Source of the DNA: an uncultured Candidatus Peribacteria bacterium
GTDB lineage: Bacteria > Patescibacteriota > Gracilibacteria > UBA1369 > UM-FILTER-53-11
Reading direction: 5' to 3'
Length of the DNA stretch: 48,044 bases
NCBI GenBank assembly: GCA_964354865.1
Contig: CAYHBN010000002.1
Location: 1-48,044 of the forward strand
Below the pieces are notes generated by a model. The model ran no database searches. It worked only from the letters and a program-made list of their open reading frames with translations, and was not told the DNA's origin. Positions 1 to 7,635 of this stretch are shown here, one piece after another (position 1 is the stretch's first letter; every line of letters starts with the position of its first letter). A program made the position numbers and the translations under genes.

Positions 1-499
1 AAAAGAAACAGATATATAAAGGATGTGTATCGCAACCGCAGTAACAGAAGGTGAACGAGTATCAAATAAACCATAACCGTATACGAGTTTTCAATGAACG
101 CACCAATACTCAACACCCTTGCCGTCATATTCGGCACCGGGTGGCTAAAAACGCTTGTCCTAAGCAATAAACGGGATTTCTGCCATAAAAATTCTGAAGA
201 AATTTATCAAAGCATATCTGTTAAGTCAAACCGCTTCTGTAACCTGAATCAAACCTGAAATAGTGTACGAAGCAATTGCTAACCTGATAAGCTCACGAAA
301 TTAAACTAAAAAAGAGTCGCCATGTTACTAAATAAGAAGTGACAATACTAGACATATATTGCAAAATGCACATTATGGGCTTGATTTCGCATTTGACGCC
401 GTGGCTTTTGCGTGGCCTTTTAGCGTTTATTGTCAAATCACATTTTATTCGAGGTTGATTTTTTGCCTTATATATAAGAAAATGCGCCGTGCTTAACGT

Positions 500-576
500 G
501 CCGCGTTCGTCTAGTGGTCTAGGACGCCTCCCTCTCACGGAGGAAATCAGGGGTTCAAATCCCCTACGCGGTACCA
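500..576 (+). tRNA. tRNA-Glu (anticodon CUC), CCA encoded
   Basis: Cloverleaf read by eye. Acceptor GCCGCGT/ACGCGGT. Anticodon stem CCTCC/GGAGG with loop CT-CTC-AC. T-arm AGGGG-TTCAAAT-CCCCT. 3' ACCA. Confidence 0.9.
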
Positions 577-705
577 TTTTTAGAGGTGGAGGAGAGAGAA
601 TTAGGGAATGAGAGAGTTAGAGAAATAGGCGGCGGGTACACGTAGACTACGCAAAAATAAATATGCCTACTCAAACGACTAGTTACCACTTATAATCCAA
701 AAGCT

Positions 706-1848
706 ATGGCACAAAATTTATACGACATTCTTGGTTTGAAAAAAAATGCGAGTGAAGATGAGATCAAAAGGGCATATCGAAAAATGGCTCAAAAATATCA
801 TCCCGATACCTCGACCGGCGATAAAGGCGGTGAGCAGAAATTTAAAGAGGCAACGGCAGCGTACGAGGTTCTCTCTGACAAGCAAAAGCGTTCACAGTAC
901 GACCAATTTGGTGACAGCGCATTTGGTGGACAAAATGGAGGTGGCGCAGGCAATGGTGCAAATGGTTTCGACATGAACGGATTTGGCGGATTTGGCGATA
1001 ACCTAGCCGATATCTTCGAGTCGTTCTTTGGCGGACAACAAGGCGGGCGTGGTTCACAAAGTGGGCGGCAAGCCGCACGCGGCAACGACAGAGGTCTCGA
1101 CATAACACTCACCTTCGAAGAGGCGGCATTTGGCACTGAAAAAAGTTTTGAGATGGAAAAAATTTCTCGCTGTGAAAGGTGCGAGGGGTCGGGTGCAATG
1201 CCAGGCTCAAAAATTGCTACATGTGGCACGTGTAATGGCAGTGGTGAGGTTCGAGTAGTGAAAAATACCATGCTTGGTCAAATGACTACCCGTCGAGTAT
1301 GCGACCGCTGTGCAGGTGAGGGTTCTATACCTGAAAAACCATGTGATAAATGTAGCGGTATTGGGGTGATCAAACGAGATGAGAAGCTCAAAATTAAAAT
1401 TCCTGCGGGCGTTGACAGTGGCGCAACGCTCAAAATTAGCGGCAAAGGCGATGGTGCACCTCGTGGTGGCACGAGTGGTGATTTATACGTGAATATCAAC
1501 GTTAAAGAGCATAAATCATTTTCAAGGAAAGGCAGTGATGTTTATAGCGAACAGTCAATTGATCTCTTGCAAGCAATTCTGGGTAGTAACACGGATATAC
1601 AAACAATACACGGAGGGCTTAACATGAAGATCCCCGCGGGTACTCAAAGTGGCCGACTATTCAAATTGAAAGAGTACGGGATACCCAAGCTAGGCCGCGA
1701 AGGTAAAGGCGATCACTATGTGAAAGTAATAGTCGATATTCCACAAAAAATCTCAAAGAAGGAAAGAGAATTATATTTGCAAATGGCGACTGATAAACAA
1801 ATCGACGTGAGTGATGAAAAGGGCTTTCTCGGTAAGATATTTGAGTAA
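706..1848 (+). CDS. dnaJ: Molecular chaperone DnaJ (Hsp40)
   Basis: J-domain with YHPD, a G/F-rich linker, four CxxCxGxG zinc-finger repeats and a C-terminal client-binding domain. TATAAT at 691-696 lies 9 nt upstream of the ATG. Confidence 0.95.
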   Translation: MAQNLYDILGLKKNASEDEIKRAYRKMAQKYHPDTSTGDKGGEQKFKEATAAYEVLSDKQKRSQYDQFGDSAFGGQNGGGAGNGANGFDMNGFGGFGDNLADIFESFFGGQQGGRGSQSGRQAARGNDRGLDITLTFEEAAFGTEKSFEMEKISRCERCEGSGAMPGSKIATCGTCNGSGEVRVVKNTMLGQMTTRRVCDRCAGEGSIPEKPCDKCSGIGVIKRDEKLKIKIPAGVDSGATLKISGKGDGAPRGGTSGDLYVNINVKEHKSFSRKGSDVYSEQSIDLLQAILGSNTDIQTIHGGLNMKIPAGTQSGRLFKLKEYGIPKLGREGKGDHYVKVIVDIPQKISKKERELYLQMATDKQIDVSDEKGFLGKIFE

Positions 1849-1944
1849 GCTAATCCCCTACTCATAAAAAACTCGTCGAACTACCATGCTCTAAAATAGC
1901 TACTTTCGGCTCTTTTACTTTGTTATTAGACGCACTGTTATATA

Positions 1945-2523
1945 ATGAGTGGCGTTATGTTAAAACTTTCTTGGGATCTCTTCGTTATTGTGATTTTTAC
2001 GGTGATTGTTGCGTACAGCATAATCATCGGGAGAGAAAAAACTCTTCGAGTAACCATAGCCACTTATTTGGCTATACTAACGGCAGATGGCATAGGCAAT
2101 CTTTTTAAACAGTACCTCTTTTCGAACAAAGAGTTTACCGCATTGCTGAACATGGCTGGCTTTGGAATAGAAGACTATACATTAATAATGGTAAAGATAT
2201 TCGTCTGTATAGCCGCCATTGTTATAGTGACTATAAAAGGAGGTTTTTCGGTTACTTCAAACTTTCTCACCGGGGGTGCCGTTGGGGTAATCATGAATAT
2301 GATTTTTGGATTTTTAAGCGCGGGCCTACTCATTAGTACTTTTCTCGTATACTCATCGGGCGCATCTTTCGTAACGGGATCTGTAACTATGACTAATCAG
2401 ACACTGAACGAAGCGTATAACCAATCAGAGATGATTCGCATGATGATCGACAACTATAATTTCTGGTTCTCAGTCCCCTCTTTAGCTTTTATCATCACCA
2501 GTTTATTTAATAGTAAAGAATAG
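1945..2523 (+). CDS. Integral membrane protein of unknown function (about 5 TM segments; CvpA-like topology possible)
   Basis: 192-aa ORF made of hydrophobic helices. No catalytic motif recognised. Confidence 0.5.
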   Translation: MSGVMLKLSWDLFVIVIFTVIVAYSIIIGREKTLRVTIATYLAILTADGIGNLFKQYLFSNKEFTALLNMAGFGIEDYTLIMVKIFVCIAAIVIVTIKGGFSVTSNFLTGGAVGVIMNMIFGFLSAGLLISTFLVYSSGASFVTGSVTMTNQTLNEAYNQSEMIRMMIDNYNFWFSVPSLAFIITSLFNSKE

Positions 2524-2573
2524 TGTTGAAGATTAAAACAGGTTGTGCTAAAAATGTTGGGCACAAAATGCAT

Positions 2574-2649
2574 GGGTCGGTAGCTCAGCTGGTAGAGCAA
2601 CAGCCTTTTAAGCTGATGGTCGCGGGTTCGATCCCCGCCCGACCCACCA
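2574..2649 (+). tRNA. tRNA-Lys (anticodon UUU), CCA encoded
   Basis: Acceptor GGGTCGG/CCGACCC. D-arm GCTCAGCTGGTAGAGC. Anticodon loop CT-TTT-AA. T-arm GCGGG-TTCGATC-CCCGC. Confidence 0.9.
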
Positions 2650-2781
2650 CATTTACGAAGTAAATGGCGCCCGCCATAAAGCGGGCTTCGCACTTTGGCA
2701 TGAGCGAAGCGAATACCTTATTGCATGACACGAACCCCTCAAATGAACGAAGTGAGTTTGCGGTACCCTTCTATCCAAACG

Positions 2782-2850
2782 AAACGCTATAGCGAATCTG
2801 CCCCGGCACAAACGCTATAACGTTACTGCGTGCAACTAGGCTATAGCGTT
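2782..2850. promoter_or_regulatory. Three copies of a palindrome (consensus AAACGCTATAGCGTTT) spaced 26-28 bp apart; candidate operator array or RNA stem
   Basis: CGCTATAGCG at 2785-2794, CGCTATAACG at 2813-2822, GGCTATAGCG at 2839-2848. The first and third copies are also mutually complementary. Confidence 0.35.
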
Positions 2851-3116
2851 TCGTATCACCGGTGACGACTTTCAAAGGAGTACTTGGTACGAGCAGAAGC
2901 GGCCACGTTTGGCATGACACTGCTGTGTCAAATCTCCGCGAGGACCACTTTTTTAAATAAAATATAAAAAAGGGTTCAGTGCAATTCGCTTCTCTCATTG
3001 GCCTACCCAATGAGTACTCAAAAATAGATTTCATAATTTCGCCACATCAGTCGCTTGATCATTTGCGTAAAGTTGGGTAATCAGTAGGTATTCAAAAAAT
3101 CTAAAAAAACTCAATT

Positions 3117-3662
3117 ATGGATACTCAAGAACTCATTACGATTATACAAGCTGCGCAGATATCTGGAAAATCTATTCAGACCATGCGAAGAATGATTAAG
3201 CAGAAAAAGATCCGAGTCAAGAAACAAAAAACTCCGCAAGGTTTTAACTATTTAATAGTAAAAACTTCGCTCGATGAAATGATGAATGACTCTCATCCTA
3301 AAGCCTTTTTCAATGACTACCCGGCTGCGCCGACTATGCAGCAACAAGCTCCTGTAAATCACGAAACACAAGAGCAGATTCACCAGACGAGTACTCGAGC
3401 TGAACAGGCAACTACCTACGAGATGCCTACCCAAGAGGCTACCCGCGAACACCGTTCGATTAATCAAGACATAATCGAAGAGTTTCGAGGAGAGGTAGGC
3501 AAATTCAACACGACTATCCAAAAGATACTTGAGCAGCACCAAAGTGATAAGGCAAACTTTTTCGACCTTATCAAAACTTTTCAAGACCGTGTGATTGTTT
3601 TGGAAACTCAGATCAAACAACTTGAGGCTCCGAAACCTTCATGGTGGAAAGTTTGGAAGTAG
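3117..3662 (+). CDS. Excisionase/MerR-like HTH protein with Q-rich linker and C-terminal coiled coil
   Basis: N-terminal ITIIQAAQISGKSIQTMRRMIKQKKI helix-turn-helix. Heptad-like C-terminus. Same architecture as the 12498-13223 gene. Confidence 0.6.
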   Translation: MDTQELITIIQAAQISGKSIQTMRRMIKQKKIRVKKQKTPQGFNYLIVKTSLDEMMNDSHPKAFFNDYPAAPTMQQQAPVNHETQEQIHQTSTRAEQATTYEMPTQEATREHRSINQDIIEEFRGEVGKFNTTIQKILEQHQSDKANFFDLIKTFQDRVIVLETQIKQLEAPKPSWWKVWK

Positions 3663-3812
3663 GGGAGTTGGAAAAATTTCGCGCAATCCCGTTCATTACC
3701 AAAACTCAAAAGAGACAAATTGACAACTAAAGACGCAGCAGTTGGTCTTACTTTTTTTGGCTGTCGACAGTAATGTGTGCGCGTTACTTTTTTAGTCCTT
3801 AATTTTTTCTGT

Positions 3813-5075
3813 ATGTCATTTTTCGACAATACGCTCGCACTGATAGACAAAGCATCGAGCATCATGCACCTGGGCGCAGGCGCAAAGAGCATTTTGAGTA
3901 ATCCTGATCGCATAATTCAAGTGAGTGTTCCGGTAAAAATGGACTCGGGCGACGTAAAAGTTTTTACAGGATTTAGAGTGCAACACTGTAACTTGCCTGG
4001 CCCGTACAAAGGCGGCATTCGTTACCACCAAGATGTCAATATGGAAGAAGTTAAAGCCCTCGCGACACTCATGACTTTCAAGTGTTCTGTCGTTGGTATT
4101 CCACTCGGCGGTGGCAAGGGTGGCATTATCGTAAATCCAAAAGAATTATCAAAAGGAGAACTAGAACGCATGACTCGTAAGTATGCCGAATCGATTGCTC
4201 CATTCGTTGGTCCAACTCTCGACGTGCCAGCTCCTGACGTAAATACTGACGGACAAATTATGGCATGGTTCGCCGACGAGTACTCAAAAGTTAAAGGTGG
4301 CGCATTTCTTTCTGGGGTAGTCACTGGTAAGCCGCTCGCCTACGGAGGTTCACTTGGTCGTGATAAGGCGACTGCTCAAGGTGGATTTTATGTTCTCGAC
4401 GAAGTTATGAAACAGAAGGCGCTCGAACCAAAGAATACTCGTGTGGTTATTCAGGGATTTGGAAACGCGGGTAGTCACTGTGCAGAAATCCTCAGCAAGG
4501 CGGGCTACAAAGTCATTGCAGTATCTGACTCAAAAGGAGGTATCTATTCACCAGACGGAATCCACGTTACGAATGCACTCAGCTGCAAGTTTGAAAAGGG
4601 CAGCATTCAGGAATGCCAAGACGTAAGCATCACGGCTGGTCAGAAATGCGAACGACTAACCAACGAGCAGTTATTAGAGCTAGAATGCGACATTCTCGTG
4701 TTATCAGCCCTGGAGAATCAAGTGACTAGTCAGAATGCAAACAATGTTAAGGCGAAGATGATTTTAGAGCTTGCTAACGGCCCAACCACGACTGAAGCAG
4801 ATGAAATTTTGAAGCAAAAGGGGATTGTCGTTATTCCAGATATTTTGGCAAATGCGGGTGGCGTAACCGTCAGCTACTTTGAGCTCGTTCAAAATCAGGC
4901 TAACTTTTACTGGAGTGCGCAAGAAGTAGAAACTCGATTGAAAGAGATCATGGTGAACGCATGGAGACGTGTAGATGAAATGCACACAAAATATGATACT
5001 ACGTACCGTATGGGTGCGTTTATTTCTGCATTCGATCGATTGGATCAGATTATGAAAGTTCGCGGGATTGTATAA
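3813..5075 (+). CDS. gdh: NAD(P)-dependent glutamate dehydrogenase (Glu/Leu/Phe/Val dehydrogenase family)
   Basis: KGGIRYH...MTFKCSVVGIPLGGGKGGI catalytic-lysine motif and a GFGNAGS Rossmann motif. Start moved to ATG 3813 (MSFFDNT) because the upstream extension looks non-native. Confidence 0.9.
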   Translation: MSFFDNTLALIDKASSIMHLGAGAKSILSNPDRIIQVSVPVKMDSGDVKVFTGFRVQHCNLPGPYKGGIRYHQDVNMEEVKALATLMTFKCSVVGIPLGGGKGGIIVNPKELSKGELERMTRKYAESIAPFVGPTLDVPAPDVNTDGQIMAWFADEYSKVKGGAFLSGVVTGKPLAYGGSLGRDKATAQGGFYVLDEVMKQKALEPKNTRVVIQGFGNAGSHCAEILSKAGYKVIAVSDSKGGIYSPDGIHVTNALSCKFEKGSIQECQDVSITAGQKCERLTNEQLLELECDILVLSALENQVTSQNANNVKAKMILELANGPTTTEADEILKQKGIVVIPDILANAGGVTVSYFELVQNQANFYWSAQEVETRLKEIMVNAWRRVDEMHTKYDTTYRMGAFISAFDRLDQIMKVRGIV

Positions 5076-5104
5076 GCAGGGGACTAGAAGAGAGAAGAAA
5101 ACAA

Positions 5105-5133
5105 AAGGCGGGGCCGAAAGGTTCCGCCTTTTT
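5105..5133 (+). terminator. Rho-independent terminator after gdh
   Basis: GGCGGGGCC-GAAA-GGTTCCGCC stem with a GAAA tetraloop, followed by TTTTT. Confidence 0.8.
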
Positions 5134-5191
5134 ACTTTCCAGAAAGATTCGATTACTCTGTAGGCGCTTTATTCAATAAACATTTATTTTT

Positions 5192-5638
5192 ATGTTACGC
5201 GATCAAATCAATACCGACCTACTTAACGCGATGAAGGCGAAAGAAGAAATAAAACTTGGTGCGCTACGAATGCTCAAAGCAGCAATTATGAAGTTTGAAG
5301 TTTCAGACGGCGCGAAAAAAGAGGCGAGTGATGAAGCAGTACTCACACTGGTGAATAAAGAGATCAAGAGCCGCCGCGATTCTGTTGCAGCATTTAAAAC
5401 AGGCGGCCGCGATGACATGGCGGCACGCGAAGAAGCCGAGATTGCATGTTTAATGACATACATGCCCACTCAACTGTCTGAAGACGAAATTAGGGCCATT
5501 GCAAAAGAGGCTATTGCATTAAGCGGCGCGAGCTCAAAGGCAGACTTTGGCAAAGTCATGGGCGCGATGATGCCAAAGGTAAAAGGCAAAGCGGACGGGC
5601 AAGTCGTGAGCAAGGTAGTAGGGGAGTTACTTGCGTAA
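5192..5638 (+). CDS. GatB/YqeY domain protein
   Basis: 148 aa. N-terminal LNAMKAKEEIKLGALRMLKAAI and C-terminal GKADGQVVSKVV are typical of YqeY. Confidence 0.8.
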   Translation: MLRDQINTDLLNAMKAKEEIKLGALRMLKAAIMKFEVSDGAKKEASDEAVLTLVNKEIKSRRDSVAAFKTGGRDDMAAREEAEIACLMTYMPTQLSEDEIRAIAKEAIALSGASSKADFGKVMGAMMPKVKGKADGQVVSKVVGELLA

Positions 5639-6409
5639 TCTATCTCTAAAATCGCTCACTGCTTCATAGGCTTCAATTAGGTCAGAATATACTCGAGTAT
5701 TTTTGACAGTATCATCTTTAAAGTAACCCTCTATCCTGTCTAATCCGTCGTATTGGTTAGTCGAAAATAGCCGTGCGCGCGCATACAAATCTGTATGCAT
5801 GAGCAAATCGTGCCGTGTTGCAAACTGACCAACTGCATCGAGCTGCCGCGGGGTAACCAAATCGTCTATGCCGCAGTTATATGTTGACGCGCCGCCATCA
5901 TCGTTACGTCTTATACCTGACTCGGGAATAATTCCCATTAAACCAAGATCAAACAATCGCATACTTGGAAGCACCGTGCCGTTTTCTAATAAAAGGTACT
6001 GCGATTGATAAAAGGCAGGGGAATCGGTATGATTAATAATACTCACTGCATCAACAGGATCAGAGTAATAGGGTGTACACAATTCCGTGTGGGCACCAAT
6101 TTTATGCGCGTAACGAAAATTAGTTAGATGTCGACGCAATTGAGGTAACTTTGATTTTAAATAACCATCGATCGTACCGCCCGCCTCGCATCGCATTTGC
6201 CATTTGCGAACTCCGAGCACTGAGGACGGCACTTCAAGTTCGTCTCTGTTTTGTCCGCCAATTTCAGCAACTCGCATCGCACGATTACTCATTTCAAGTA
6301 CCAAATATGCAGGAATAGAGTTATCTAGGCTTAACGCCCTAGGGCAAGTTTCAAAAATATCTCCTTTATGTAAAGTTAATTCTGCGGAAAATCGAGGCAT
6401 GATAATCAA
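5627..6409 (-). CDS. Hypothetical protein (260 aa)
   Basis: Long uninterrupted ORF that looks more GC-rich than its neighbours by eye. No motif recognised. Its 3' end overlaps the yqeY-like gene by 12 nt. Confidence 0.5.
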   Translation of the reverse strand: MIIMPRFSAELTLHKGDIFETCPRALSLDNSIPAYLVLEMSNRAMRVAEIGGQNRDELEVPSSVLGVRKWQMRCEAGGTIDGYLKSKLPQLRRHLTNFRYAHKIGAHTELCTPYYSDPVDAVSIINHTDSPAFYQSQYLLLENGTVLPSMRLFDLGLMGIIPESGIRRNDDGGASTYNCGIDDLVTPRQLDAVGQFATRHDLLMHTDLYARARLFSTNQYDGLDRIEGYFKDDTVKNTRVYSDLIEAYEAVSDFRDRLRK

Positions 6410-6528
6410 AAATTAATAGAGAAACGATGCGCTTCATTAAAACACATAATTCAAATCAATCAAGAGAACGACTGTCATAACAAAAAAAACAGACTAACTC
6501 TGCTTTGCAGAACCGCTCGCTTTTTTAA

Positions 6529-6819
6529 TGGTGGGCAGGGAGGGATTCGAACCCCCGAAGACGTTAAGCCGACAGATTTCATGTGTCCCTAAGATTTCTC
6601 ATAGGCATGGACTATATCTTTACCATTCCGATTTCTCGATGAAGGTATTCCGGTATCTAGTCTCTACGGCGCTCTCCAACAATGTTGAAGTTCCCACGGT
6701 ATTAGCATATCTCGTTAAAGACTTAGCTTTCACCGTTATCCCGGAAAGTTTACTGTAAGGTTTCCCTTACAGGCTGCCTTTTGACAGTCTGTTGCGTTTA
6801 GCCACTTCGCTACCTGCCC
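6529..6819 (-). tRNA. tRNA-Tyr (anticodon GUA), class II, interrupted by a 204-nt intron in the anticodon
   Basis: The 5' exon (6819-6784) is GGGCAGGTAGCGAAGTGGCTAAACGCAACAGACTGT. The 3' exon (6579-6529) is AAATCTGTCGGCTTAACGTCTTCGGGGGTTCGAATCCCTCCCTGCCCACCA. Joined, they give the loop CU-GUA-AA, a long variable arm and acceptor GGGCAGG/CCTGCCC. The joined sequence closely parallels E. coli tRNA-Tyr as I recall it. Confidence 0.85.
6580..6783 (-). mobile_element. Group I (IC3-like) self-splicing intron within tRNA-Tyr
   Basis: The 5' splice site follows a U. Exon CUGU can pair with intron GCAG (a U-G wobble P1). The intron ends in G. It contains GGGAAACC and GGUGAAAGC hairpins, GUAGAGACUAGA (the J6/7-P7 motif as recalled from the Azoarcus and Anabaena tRNA introns) and a matching AUAGUCC P7' strand. 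No ORF lies inside. Confidence 0.75.
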
Positions 6820-6824
6820 ATTTT

Positions 6825-7418
6825 TCAAACTAACAAATCGCACAATACCTTTTCGCACATATGCAGTATTTTTTCAAGCAACTTCTTATCATTATAACGA
6901 ATATGTACAACTCCGTACGAAAGCTTTTTAGGAGAATTTGGCAGTGTCTGTCGAATATATGGCTGAGTAAACTGTGATTTCTGAACAGCTAAAACACGAG
7001 ACCAATAATCAATTATTTTCGGGATATCTTGGTCACTAAAACAATATAGATATATTCTAATTTTGTCTTTCTGTACTCCACATATCTCACGCAAAAACTT
7101 CATAAAAACCAAAAGGGTTTCCTTATCAGAATTCACAAAATCCACCGTATTACCAGATTTAGCACCTTCGCCTTTGTATAACATTAGAGCGGCAAGAAAT
7201 AAATCTTTCTCAATATTGAGCAGTGGATCTTTAAAGTTATAACTAAGAGGTTTCGAATCAAACCTAATCTTATTTTGTTCTTTTGCATTCCTGCGCTCAA
7301 CTCCAGACTTAATTAAATGCCTGTAGATAGTTTTAATACTCACCCCAAATACATCAGCTATTTGCTGGGCACTCTGGCCTTGTTTATATCGGGAAACAAT
7401 ATCTAAATCTAAAGACAT
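6825..7418 (-). CDS. HTH plus LAGLIDADG-like homing-endonuclease-family protein
   Basis: N-terminal resolvase-type HTH (SAQQIADVFGVSIKTIYRHL). LAALMLYKGEGA resembles a single LAGLIDADG motif, followed by VDFVNSDKETLLVFMKFL as in LAGLIDADG_3 proteins. The stop codon is 5 nt from the 5' end of tRNA-Tyr. Confidence 0.55.
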   Translation of the reverse strand: MSLDLDIVSRYKQGQSAQQIADVFGVSIKTIYRHLIKSGVERRNAKEQNKIRFDSKPLSYNFKDPLLNIEKDLFLAALMLYKGEGAKSGNTVDFVNSDKETLLVFMKFLREICGVQKDKIRIYLYCFSDQDIPKIIDYWSRVLAVQKSQFTQPYIRQTLPNSPKKLSYGVVHIRYNDKKLLEKILHMCEKVLCDLLV

Positions 7419-7494
7419 ATGTCCAACGTAATATACAATAGTCTGTTTAGTTTTTCACGACAAAAAGATTAATTCACTCTATTGATCTAATCGA

Positions 7495-7570
7495 TGGAGC
7501 CGCTTGTCGGAATCGAACCGACGACCCACAGTTTACAAAACTGTTGCTCTACCAGCTGAGCTAAAGCGGC
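7495..7570 (-). tRNA. tRNA-Thr (anticodon UGU), CCA encoded
   Basis: The reverse complement reads GCCGCTTTAGCTCAGCTGGTAGAGCAACAGTTTTGTAAACTGTGGGTCGTCGGTTCGATTCCGACAAGCGGCTCCA. Anticodon loop is TT-TGT-AA. Confidence 0.9.
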
Positions 7571-7635
7571 CAATGGTATTACCCACCAAGATACATAAAC
7601 AGTGCTAAAATGGGCTCGCCTATACTAGCAGACTC

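Noticed and set aside
1-128. Open minus-strand frame from ATG 128 to the window edge (MTARVLSIGAFIENSYTVMVYLILVHLLLL...)
   Set aside because: It could be the hydrophobic N-terminus of a gene that continues beyond the window. However, only 42 codons are visible, with no promoter or motif support, so it is too weak to report as a feature.
293-577. 94-aa minus-strand ORF
   Set aside because: It runs antisense through tRNA-Glu (its first residues, MVPRRGFEPL, are simply the tRNA T-arm read backwards), and the rest is low-complexity intergenic DNA.
2454-2693. 79-aa minus-strand ORF
   Set aside because: It is antisense to tRNA-Lys (GDRTRDHQLKRLLLYQLSY is the tRNA read on the opposite strand), which is a classic artefact.
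2771-3034. 87-aa minus-strand ORF
   Set aside because: It has no promoter or start context, its composition is odd, and it spans the palindrome triplet. It is most likely non-coding.
2650-3116. Possible RNase P, SRP or tmRNA gene in the long gap after tRNA-Lys
   Set aside because: I searched both strands by eye for GGAAAGUCC with ACAGAAxxCGGCUUA, for GGUCCGGAAGGAAGCAGC, and for tmRNA ends. Only a weak GAAAGUCGUC match was found. No call is made, and the gap is reported only for its palindromes.
6528-6758. 76-aa plus-strand ORF (MVGREGFEPP...)
   Set aside because: It is antisense to the tRNA-Tyr 3' exon and the group I intron. GFEPP is the T-arm signature.
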